Source: Catajapyx aquilonaris (taxonomy: Eukaryota). Taken from it: DNA of 47,567 bases. Below, in pieces: positions 37,035-47,022 of this stretch. The position numbers were made by a program, and so were the translations under genes. The stretch covers positions 1-47,567 of the forward strand of contig KZ538788.1 of assembly GCA_000934665.2 (NCBI GenBank), read 5' to 3'. Positions within the stretch are counted from its first letter, which is position 1; the number at the start of each line of letters is the position of its first letter. The notes below the pieces were generated by a model. It was given only the letters and a program-made list of their open reading frames with translations, was not told the DNA's origin and made no database searches.

Positions 37035-38548
37035 GTAAGTTGCAAGTTTATCATTTAGTGCAAGTCGTCGAGTGGACCGGGGCACCAAATATAATATTTG
37101 ATAGGAACACTCTTAATTGTCAAGTTTTTAAAGCTTTGCTCCTTTAATTTGAATGCGACTTATCCGATGTCACTTTGTTTCAGTGTAAAATCACGCACGA
37201 GGTGTACCAAGACTGCGTTGATACCGATGGTGAGGTAAGTATCAGAGATGTGTAGCAATAACTGTTGTTGAAAAATAAGTTTGCAATATTTTGCACTATT
37301 TTGTTGAGGTTTTATAGCCTACTGTAGTTATCTTCCAGTCACTATTCATTTCAATTCGTGTCAGTTGCATTTGATCTTCACTTTCATATACAGTGCGTGT
37401 CAGCTGGCTAAATAATTGCACTATATGAATTGCATTTGCTTTTAATTTCCCATTATGGTTCCAATAATCGTCCCATTCCTTCCATTAATAATTCCATCTA
37501 GTCCTCATTTATTTCCATTCAATTATCTGCAAGAACACTCATAAACTGCTGCCTCTCAGTATTCATGCATTTCAATTAACCAAAATTAATTAATTCGCAA
37601 TTCAAATTCAAAAAACTGGCAAGCATTGCATTTCAGATTTGATTTAGAGCCATATCAGTTTTGTTTAACTCATTTCAGGTCTGTGCTACGAGATGTGCAT
37701 TCCACAAAATTGGAGCGGTAAGAGTATAAAATTGCGTAGCTTATTTCTTATTATAGATTTTTTATTTATTTATTGATTTCAAAAATGGTAATTATATCAT
37801 ACATAATATACAGTTCAATCCGGATATAACAGCCTCGGCTGTAACAAACTTTCGGTAATAAACTGCTGGAAGGCTGGTCCCGGCAAACTCCCATAAGGCC
37901 CGGTGTATTTTCACTCCTGATATAACAGACTCATTTTCACCTCACCTCGGGTATAACAGACCATTCCTTGGCCCCTCGGCGAGGACGAGACGGCATCAAA
38001 AGAAAATGAGAGATAATTTTTGGTATTGCCTATAAGTTACGGGTGAGCTAATTTTGCATGTTTGTGGATTGTTTCATTAATGAGCACATGCATTATAAGC
38101 ATCTGAAATTAGAAAACCTGTGTTTTTGTTACAAAAATGGTCATTTGGCTATAACAGACTTATTTTCTCGGTACCATGAAGTCTGTTATATCCAGATTCA
38201 ACTGTATACATAATTATATCGTAGAGCTTATTTCTCAATATAGGCAGCTTATTCAAATAGAAGTATTTTTGATTTCTGCAGCTTAATGAAGATTGGTCAG
38301 TGAACAGCGAAATATTATTAGCTCGAATGGACGAGTGTCCTGAAGCCTCTCTCCATTCTCAGGATCTCTCGGATACTGTCAAAAATTGTTTTCTTGAAAA
38401 GGGTACTGCAACATGATAATCTTTACCTTTTCTATATAATCATCGTAAGTGTGGTCCATTAACACTCTCATTTCCAGGACGTGAATCCGCATATGAAAAT
38501 TGTGACAGTTATGACCAAGTAAGGTTCTGTCTAAAAGAAGCGAAGTGA
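36963..38548 (+). CDS. Odorant-binding protein (insect PBP/GOBP family), 5 coding exons, 117 aa: MRVCAFFVSCGGVLFSLILQAQAECKITHEVYQDCVDTDGEVCATRCAFHKIGALNEDWSVNSEILLARMDECPEASLHSQDLSDTVKNCFLEKGRESAYENCDSYDQVRFCLKEAK
   Basis: Manual splicing at four GT..AG introns (phases 0,0,0,1) gives an uninterrupted ORF. It has a hydrophobic signal peptide ending A-Q-A and Cys spacing C-X17-C-X3-C-X42-C-X12-C-X8-C, matching the classic OBP pattern. The CxFxKxGxLxxDxxVN segment after C3 and the acidic mature protein are OBP-like. AATAAA lies at 38651. Confidence 0.88.
37184..37234 (+). CDS. OBP coding exon 2 (CKITHEVYQDCVDTDGE)
   Basis: Acceptor cactttgtttcag, donor GAG|GTAAGT, 51 nt, phase 0-0, open frame. 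Confidence 0.85.
37679..37717 (+). CDS. OBP coding exon 3 (VCATRCAFHKIGA, C2-X3-C3)
   Basis: Acceptor ttaactcatttcag, donor GCG|GTAAGA, 39 nt, carries the C-X3-C motif. Confidence 0.85.
37811..38204. mobile_element. pogo/Tigger-like MITE inside OBP intron 3
   Basis: TA|CAGTTCAATCCGGATATAACAG ... CTGTTATATCCAGATTCAACTG|TA: 22-bp TIR with 2 mismatches, TA duplication, internal TATAACAGAC repeats. Confidence 0.88.
38282..38402 (+). CDS. OBP coding exon 4 (LNEDWSVNSEILLARMDECPEASLHSQDLSDTVKNCFLEK)
   Basis: Acceptor tttttgatttctgcag, 121 nt open frame, phase-1 donor G|GTACTG, contains C4. Confidence 0.85.
38478..38548 (+). CDS. OBP coding exon 5 (GRESAYENCDSYDQVRFCLKEAK*, C5-X8-C6)
   Basis: Acceptor ctctcatttccag in compatible phase 1, C-X8-C motif, TGA at 38546-38548. 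Confidence 0.85.
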
Positions 38549-38650
38549 AATGATCACAATGGAATTAAGTATCCTATATACAGTAATACCGATGGCTAAC
38601 AAGGAATGTAACCAACAGCACGTGTAAAACTTGTTCGTTGAATTATGCAC

Positions 38651-38656
38651 AATAAA
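38651..38656 (+). terminator. Candidate polyadenylation signal of the OBP gene
   Basis: AATAAA about 100 nt after the stop codon. Confidence 0.5.
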
Positions 38657-40795
38657 CGCAAAGACCATTATCCTGCTGTATACAGCATTATTTACACAAT
38701 AATGTATGTCTTTTAATACCAAATATCACATCCTTATAATATACGGTATATGATATCAATGCACCTGATGGACACAATTGCAAATCAACGATGGAATATT
38801 TCCAATCCCAGCTACGCCCCTCATATGCATACACCACACGGCACAAAAGTGAAAGACGGCCGATAATCAACATGTGTAAAATAATGTCCGATGTGGTTTC
38901 TCCGGTTATAGAGCGCATTTATTATCCTGAAATCGACCCATTTTTGATGCTTTTGTTTTCCCACTGACCCATTCATTGTGATTATAAAGGATATAAAAGC
39001 TAGGTTGTGTATAGTGTAGCACACAGCTTTTTAAATGCGCTGACATTACACATTGTAGTCGTTTTTATTTTGCAAATTTTGTGCAATTGAAGAACTCCAA
39101 CTACATTGTTGCTCACCAAAGATTCATCATTGTACAGAGTGTGGCTATGACACCTTATTTTAACTTGGATGACATTAATTTCAATCCTAAATTAATTCAC
39201 ACAAAAAAATCGCATCCTGTTCCCCACTATGGGATTCAGTCCTGTCATGATTTTTGACATTCCTGTTGGCAACATCTCCTCACTTAATAGCAATGATACA
39301 TGTCCATCGGTCGTGTCAGAAGTTGAAACGAGCCCCACAAAAATGCCGCCCATGATAATTATTTTTCCCATTTGATATCTCCACTGAAAGAGGACCTCCC
39401 CATGTACACAATCCGTCGAATCAGGATCAATCCATCCAATCGCACAAATCCGTGGTTTGTGCCTGGTAAAATTAATCTATACCCCCCCCCCCCTTTTTCT
39501 ATCTCTCTCTCTCTCCGCAGAACCAACCCAGAACCAAACCCAAAAGCGATCCATCCACAAAACCTGTAATCCTACTCCTGGCTCAAATCAGCAACCTGTA
39601 GCCTTGGGCATACTGCAATTCCGATCCCTACTACCTCAATAAACTGCCTAGTTCATTTCCATTCCGCCCTTCATACAGTATCCTAATTAGCCGGACTGCC
39701 GAGTTCGTTATGAAAATGTCCGGACTATAGTATTTCGCCAGACAAAGTATATGCTGTGACAGTGCTACCTATTATCCCCCCTCTCTGATTTTTTTTTTTT
39801 TTTCAAGTAAGAACCACTCACTATACCAACAGAGCACAATGACTCCTGATTGAATCAGCAGTAACATGATAGCGTTTGTTGGAAACCTGATGCTGAAACT
39901 GTGGTCGTAAAAAAAAAACTGGTTACAAAAAGCACACATCTTGTCTCTAAAAGTAGCGTGAAATTCGGACATCCCGCAATCATGATTATTTGGGCCCTAA
40001 GGCCCACCCTTTTGAAACTTTAAAAAAAAGGATTGCCAACTCTTTTCTTTTCACAATAAAAGCACACTTATTTTTTTTTCTATGAAGACTTCTGAGTTCA
40101 AGAAGTGTGCAGCAGAATAAAACGTGGACAAAAGGCACCAGCTCGACAATTCCTCCCCCCCTTTTTTTATTATTTTACTTTTAATAACCATAATAGCAGA
40201 CAAAACTGAGCTGATTTCATAGATGTTCACAACACAAAGGCCTCCTCCTGAATAGACAGAACTATTGTGCGCCGAGCAAGACCATTTGTGCCTCTTCCAT
40301 TCAAAGCGTTCGTCTTTTCTTTTTCGCTTTTGTGACAAGTTTTAGATTTGGGAAGAAGAAGAAGAAAAAAAATTGCTGGTGGGGTTCCCCATATTCACCC
40401 GGTTGCCTCGCTAAGCATTTTTCTACTACGCCGCTTCGCAGAGGAACTTCCAAGAAGATGACTATGACACACAATTCTTTGCTGGGTGCTCCTGTACCAA
40501 AAGAGCGAAAAAAATGACATTTTCTTTCAGAGGAATCTGGGGAGAAGCCAATGGCCAAGGGTTAAACCAATCAGAAGTACACTAATATTGAGAGAATTTT
40601 TCAGGATGACGTGTTATGCTATATGTGTCCATAATAACCTATTCATTCCACTAGTCGGAATATTTCGTTGGCTTGTACAGTTTAATATATAGACGCAGGC
40701 AGGTTTCAGTTACGGCCTATTCACGGTGATTGACTATTCATATCAGTTATATAAGTCGACTAGACGTGTATAGACACCCTCGGAAACACATCATG

Positions 40796-41209
40796 TAAAA
40801 TTTTCCGTTCGCGAGTAATCAGTGGTGCCAATAAAATTTTATTATACACTAATTCGGTGCAGTTCAGATAAAATTTGCCATTCGCGAGGGGAGTGGAATA
40901 CCACCATTTTACCACTGACATTCTTTCTGAAACTTTCAAACACGGATGGGGCCAAGGATACTAGGATAGGAAGGAAGCTGTGGCCTATTATAAGGAATCG
41001 ATCCCGGAATTATCCTGGGAGACCGTGGGAAGCCACAGAAAACATCGCCGGCCCCGGGAATCGAACCCAGGTCCTCCCGATTCGCAGCCGGACTCCTTAA
41101 CCACTACACCAACCTGCTTCGGTTAATAAAATTTTAATATAGTTCCGTGCAGTTCAGGTAAAATTTGCCGTTCGCCAGTATAATCAGTGCCAATAATATT
41201 ATGCAGTTC
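40796..41209. repeat. About 73-bp tandem repeat, interrupted by the SINE; another copy lies at 44069-44137
   Basis: Unit taaaatttgccgttcgcgagtaatcagtggtgccaataaaattttaatatacagtaattccgtgcagttcagg seen at 40796, 40869 (partial), 41124-41209 and 44069. Confidence 0.8.
40940..41123 (-). mobile_element. tRNA-derived SINE, resembling the Talua/Lm1 type of insect SINEs
   Basis: Minus strand reads accgaagcaggtTGGTGTAGTGGttaagg (A box) ... GGGTTCGATTCCC (B box, 41056-41068). The body is gttttctgtggcttccc..ccaggataattccgggat..taggccacagcttccttcc, which I recall as similar to termite/orthopteran SINE bodies. The 3' boundary is approximate. Confidence 0.8.
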
Positions 41210-42234
41210 TTTCTTCAGCTGTCTGATAGCCAAACCGAGCATGATGTTATCGACAGCCCCACATTTCGGTTTGACCAGGTCTCCCCCCTGGGTGACCTGG
41301 CTGCATCGGAATATCCGTGGAGGTGCAAGAAGTGGGCAATGGAGACAGGCAGGCAGCCAAAGGGGGGGTCCTGCCTTTGCCTCTTCTCGCAGCCCAGACG
41401 AGACGATTAGCTTCCAGAAACGGGCTGCCAACAATGGGCGCCTCATTGTGACAGCCCCCTCGCCCGAACAATTCCTCCCAAGCCCCAACAATGGAGGAGG
41501 GCCACCACCCACCCCCCTCTTCTTCTGCCTCCGTCGCCCATGCAAGCCTCCCCCAACCTCATCCTCCCACCCCTCCCGCGCAGTCCGCCGGGGCCAGCAT
41601 CAATTTCCCGCCTTCTCCTACGGCTCAGTGCCGCTCTAAAGAAGAACAATGGAGCGCGATCTTCCTCTATGGAATCTGGGAGACAATTCAATAGCCCTTC
41701 GATTCCAATACAAAACAGGTGGAGCCGGCCGGGGCCATCCTTTTGGAAGCAGCAGCAGCAGCACATCACCCACCCCCTTTTCTCTCCTCCTCCCTATACC
41801 TTTTGTACAAGGCTAAACCCCATCATTGCTTTCCGAGTCAGGTCCTGGCAGGATGCTATTGTGCTCCGGCTAGTACTCACGTTCCTCCAGCAAGACCTCG
41901 GCACACACCCTCCTCCGCCTCGGCCAGCCTTGACTCCGGCAGAGCAAATTGTTCGCAGCAAAGCCTCCTGTCTGATTCACAATGCTGCTTTTATGAGCCG
42001 GGGAGGGAGAGCCCAAGTGAAGTATGAGCGCCTGCAAATACAACCCCAACAAAGACCTCTCGGCCCTTCCCTATACCCCTCCTCCATAACTATACGAATA
42101 CATGGGACCTGGCCTCTCTTCTTCATGGGGGGTGAGGAGTGGGTGGGTTGCATAGATAGCTCCCCCCATTTTATACATTTTGGACGGGAGGTGCTGTGAC
42201 CAACAGACACTTTGGAGGCTAGGATGGTCAGAAT

Positions 42235-42708
42235 TTCTTAAATGGGGGTCGAATTTTCAAAAATTTATAATTTCTTACATTTCAAATTCCTTAAATATAT
42301 GGAGTCGAATTTTCCAAAATTTATAATTTCTTACAGTTCAAATTCCTTAAATATATGGAGTCGAATTTTCGCAAAATTTCTCATTTCTTATGCTTCAAAT
42401 TCCTTAAATACACGGGGTCGACTTTCTACATGGCATGGGGTCGAATTTTCGAAAAATTTCTGAGCTCGAATTTTCTACATGGGGTCGAATTTTCGAAAAA
42501 AGAAATGATTTTTTAAAATGCTTCAAATTCCTTAAATATACGGCATGGGGTCGAATTTTCGAAAAATTTCTGATTTTTTATGCTTCAAATTCCTTAAATA
42601 CACGGGGTCGAATTTTCAATTAAAAAACCTGATTTCTTATATGGGGCCGAATTTTCGAAAATTCGACCCCCAATGTTATTTAAGGAATTTGAAGCATGAA
42701 ATCAGAAT
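42235..42708. repeat. About 56-bp minisatellite array with a terminal inverted unit (foldback-like)
   Basis: Unit ggggtcgaattttcgaaaaatttctgatttcttatgcttcaaattccttaaatatac recurs about 7-9 times, counting partial copies. It is followed by the near-perfect palindrome ggggccgaattttc|gaaaattcgacccc (42643-42670) and one inverted unit. Confidence 0.9.
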
Positions 42709-43189
42709 ACGAGACACAGCCATACTATTCATAGAAAAAAATAGCACTACACAAAACCCGAAACGATTAAAGACATCCCCTCTCACTCTCTCATCCTTGG
42801 TTAGAAAGGAATGATATTTTTATGCTAATGTCCCAGCGACAAGGCTCCCATTTGGGTAAAAGACATGGCGCTGGGCTCCGACAGAAGAGGAGGACCATTA
42901 TGAACTTTCGATGACAATGACACGCGCATCGGCATCACAATGGAGAAAAGTGCTAAACTGTTTCGCATTATGCAAACAAAAGTTTTCCTCGCCGTTCTCC
43001 ACACAGCAAGACGTAAATGGGGGAGCCGGTACTAAGCAGGGGGTCCCTAGGGCGGATAGGACCACTATGAATACGAAATATCTGCTTGTTTTGTGAAACA
43101 TCCCAGTGTGCCACGCAGTCATTATACTGACACCCCTATAAGGTGACGCATCTTTTGCATACCAGTCTGACTCATATGGACTCTACACA

Positions 43190-43250
43190 AATTGTCATTT
43201 TATGTACCGATTCATGTACTGTCTACGTACTGACTTGAAAATGGTACAGT
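43190..43250. mobile_element. Internal fragment of CACTA-like family A
   Basis: tgtaccgattcatgtac..gtactgacttgaaaatggtaca matches 3301-3316 and the reverse complement of 12943-12964. Confidence 0.65.
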
Positions 43251-44140
43251 ACCCATGGCTGTAAAATAACGGACAACTTACTGTTAACAGCGATTCACAC
43301 CACCTGCACTTTTCCCTCGACTAAAAAACAGCAAACCGCAACTATCTGGGTCGGTAATGACTATCGTGAGACCTGTGCCCGGTGCCTAACGAGCACATGA
43401 TAGGAACAGAGTGGTAAACCCGCCTTTTTGACCACCGACTCCCAATGTTTGGCCAGCACAAAACATCCTCTTTTCCCAACGTCATAAAGTGAACAAAAAA
43501 GCCGTCCCCTTTTTTTTTAAAAAAAAAAACGTGCACGGCATCGGAGTAATTGAATTAAACCCGGCCTGCGAAACCGGTTACAGTATCTGCATTTGCACAT
43601 TTTCTCTCTCTATACGTAGCCATCGTCCGCATCAACGGTTGACTCCATACGTGCGTAAACGACACGTACCGGCAATATACATTGGAGAGCAATAAAATTA
43701 CATCCGCGTGCTGTACTCAGCTAAAACCCGACCTATGAACGAATGGAACCGTGATGAAATTGGGATTAGCGCACAGAGAACCTATAAGAGCCCGGTAATT
43801 TGGTTACAGCCCATTGAAAGCACCCGAAACTTCCAATGGAGTGCTGCTGTCATGGACTCGATCCATTCTAGCTTGGAAACTGGTTGGCAAAACGGAAACC
43901 GCGTTCAAACGCGTCCTAAATGCATGCATGTCTCCAATACGGTTCATGTGACGCCTGTAGTGTGTATGTACCGCGCTCTGAAAATTTTGTGATGGGAACT
44001 AGCAGGCTGAAGGTCCACAATATTTAACCATAGCCATTCATAAGTTGTGTGCTAATCAAACATGAGCATAAAATTTGCCGTTTGCAAGTAATCAATGGTG
44101 CCAATAAAATTTTAATATACAGTAATTCCGTGCAGTTATT

Positions 44141-44486
44141 ATTGGAGGTGGTAATTGTAATCAACAAATACCGTCTACAGTAGCAGTTGCAGGGTTTTTA
44201 GAAAAGTCAATTTTTCTCAGCCAAGGTTACGTAGGGTAGGTTAGGTTAGGTTAGGTTAGGTTAGGTTAGGTTACACTAGCTTTGAAAAGTTGTCTTTTTC
44301 ACTTCCCCACACCTAAGGGAGTGTGTGTGTGTGAAGGGTTGCTTCAAGACCAGGATAAAGTGGCCAAAAGAATTTGAACCCCATAGTATACATCTGAACG
44401 ATGGGCTGTGTACAAGTCAGTACCATAGACGGTATTTGTTGATCACAAAGTACCACGCCCAAGTCGGTACATTAATCAGTACAGTG
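44141..44486. mobile_element. CACTA-like family A copy split by an insertion
   Basis: The left arm ttggaggtggtaattgtaatcaacaaataccgtctacagta (44142-44182) matches 3237-3278. The right arm (about 44386-44486) matches 12961-13043 and 3361-3400 and ends tacagtg. Confidence 0.7.
44224..44273 (+). repeat. Interstitial arthropod telomere-type repeat (TTAGG)6 plus degenerate units
   Basis: Six perfect TTAGG units at 44241-44270, preceded by aggttacgtagggtagg. Confidence 0.92.
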
Positions 44487-46807
44487 GCATCGCAGCTACT
44501 CGTGGACATTGACTGGCTTCCCACACAAAAGGAGCTGGTTCCCCACCTAATTATCAAAGCTTCCTCCCTGCATTAGCTGAGGGCCGTCTTAAACTCGGAT
44601 CTTTTTTTTCCCTAAATCTTGGAACTACTTTCTTTTCTAACTCCCCAATAAATCCGCTCTCTCTTTTACATCTTTGACGATTTCCCTTCGAGTCAAAGCA
44701 TCGTGGGCATTAAAAGGCCAGCCCCGCAAAAGGCAGACCCTACCGAAGAAAAAGCGGACTGAAGGAGCTTGTTCCTTTGGATAGTCTGCTAATGAGCTCG
44801 ACCCTCTCTTATTATATATATATACTGCCTGTACCCCCTCTGAATTTCTACACATACTTGTGGCTTCATTCAAGCAGTCAAGCATCGCAGTGCTCACCTG
44901 AAGTCCACAAGGTTTCCTTTTATACGTATAGGTAGCACAAAAAGTGCTTGGTAATGCGATGAGGCAACAATAGAAGGTCCTCTTCAAGGAGACACGAAAT
45001 GTTCCAGGAGGCTTCAGGTAGGGTTTTTGTTCCTCCGTCATTCATATGCTAAGTACATGCGGTCCACACAATACGTTTCGATTCTTCTTTTTCCTATATA
45101 CTCCCACCCCCTATCCATTTTTATGGCCGTGTGTACAAGACAGAGAAACAAGTCGGTATTGTTCGGAGCCGCATTCAACGTTGAGTCATGCACTGACTGC
45201 CCAGTGTTTGTTTTATGCCGCTGTGCCTACTGGCCATTGCCCACAAAACACTGGTAGGATGTGTATTGTTATATATAAAAAAAAGAGGGAAAGAGAAAAG
45301 AGGTGTGTGCATGCCATGGGAGATAACGACACAAAATAGGCAATAATGCTCGCGTGATACTACCGTTGCTTTTTAACAAATCAGACACACATTAACGCAC
45401 GCTGGATTTCCCCCCCTCTTGCACTCGCTGGTCAATATCTCTAGTGTTGCTGGTACCGGGTGTGAAAGAAAATTTCATATGGTACAATTTGGCGCAAAAT
45501 TTGAACATGCAGAATGAAATTTTTCGATGCAAAATGTACAGGTCGTACACCCCTACGATTAAAGAACCTGAAAATAATTAAATCAATCCTAAACTTGTCA
45601 AGTCTGGTTGATCAACACTTGTCTTCTTGCCCACAACCGTGCTTAAATTACAACCCAGTTGATTAGACAGCCATTGTCCCTTTAATTTCGCCTGGTTTTC
45701 TTTCCTACTGTATCTGAATAGAGCGTACCACAACCTCGTACTTCTTTTAAAAAAAGAGCGTCCCTATTCAATCCCACGTCAAAATGCGCCCTACCCACAC
45801 TCTTGTATAAGGTAAGACAATCCGAACTGGCTCTTCTTCTTCTTCGAAGGTAAAAGTAGACGAATGAAAAGGAGTGTTTCGAAGGCAATATAGAGTGTTT
45901 GGGGAGCCGGTAAAAGAGGAGGGGCCTGCAACAAGCCACCTCGCTTCAAAATAAGAGTCGCTTCTAATTGCTTTCTGGAACTCCCCGCAAAAGAATAAAA
46001 CATAACAATAGCCCTATTCTTTCCCCTATAGAATAAACACACAACGAGCCTTTCAGTCGGCCATTGTTGTGTCCTAACAAAGGGAATTTTACAGAGTGGG
46101 ATGATTAATAAAGCCTTTTCCGAGGAAAGGGCTTTATTTCGCGTGGTGATAAATGTCGGCATGGGCCTATACGGACAAAACACTCCACTGCCTGCGAAAT
46201 ATAGCATACCGTTTTTGTTGCTATTGTGTCACCCCGAAAATTGAAGCTTCCTATGGACGTGTTTAGTACACGTCCTTGACGCCGACCATATAGGCTTTTG
46301 TCCTAACATCCCTACCCCCCCTCTAATTTCACCAGAAGCGTGGGAGGGGGTAGGGTATAGGATGGAAGGGGGAGGAGGGGGGGGGGGGTCAACCACACCT
46401 AAAGTTCCAGCTGCATCAACACCAGAGTAGGGGGGATTGAATGCTGTTGCTGGTGCATGGTCTGCGCATTTGTGTCATTCTGACATACAATCCCGAATAA
46501 CCCACCAGCCCAACCCACCCACCAGGCACAGTTCTCTCATTCATCCAAATAATGGCCTCTCCAAAATAATAACAATAATCGTAATTGTCCATTAGCATAT
46601 TTACCGGATTCGCAGTGGACAAACCGCGTCCTATTCACGGCATTTGTTTGGGTAAAGTGACACTAGTGCCCACTCGCATTTATCCCCGGAAGCCAATCGT
46701 CTCACATACTCACATACTGGATACACTACCTTGTATGCTGAAAAAATCAATCAGGCATAGGTTTAAATTAGGAAACTATTAGTTAAATATTGTATTGCCT
46801 CATCCCA

Positions 46808-47022
46808 CACTCTTAACCATTTACCTTCTCTAGAGACGGTAAGAAAGTGGCCATTTTTTACCTTACATTGTAGGGTAAATATTCTTGGGTAAATTGATTC
46901 TAAGGTAATACATGCAAAATTTACCTTAGAATCAATTTACCCAAGAATATTTACCCTACAATGTAAGGTAAAAAAATGGCCACTTTCTTACCCTCTCTAG
47001 AGAAGGTAAATGGTTAAGAGTG
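46808..47022. mobile_element. Young CACTA/EnSpm-like hairpin MITE, family B
   Basis: CA|CACTCTTAACC ... GGTTAAGAGTG|CA. The 101/102-bp arms differ by one substitution and one indel around a 12-nt spacer. It has a 2-bp target duplication (CA) and repeated TTTACC/GGTAAA subterminal motifs. Confidence 0.92.

Noticed and set aside
36911..37147. ORF-track 78-aa ORF overlapping the OBP start
   Set aside because: It is in a different frame from the signal-peptide exon and reads through a consensus splice donor.
41050..41123. tRNA-like A/B boxes and anticodon arm (GCG) on the minus strand
   Set aside because: The acceptor stem is poor and the sequence continues into a SINE body, so it is called as a SINE head rather than a tRNA gene.
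41123..42210. Long overlapping ORFs (140, 150 and 219 aa)
   Set aside because: Pro/Gly/Arg-rich low-complexity translations of GC-skewed DNA, open on both strands, with no domain.
42242..42814. Repetitive ORFs and a superficially CRISPR-like periodic array
   Set aside because: The units are contiguous tandem repeats with no unique spacers, there are no cas genes and the context is eukaryotic.
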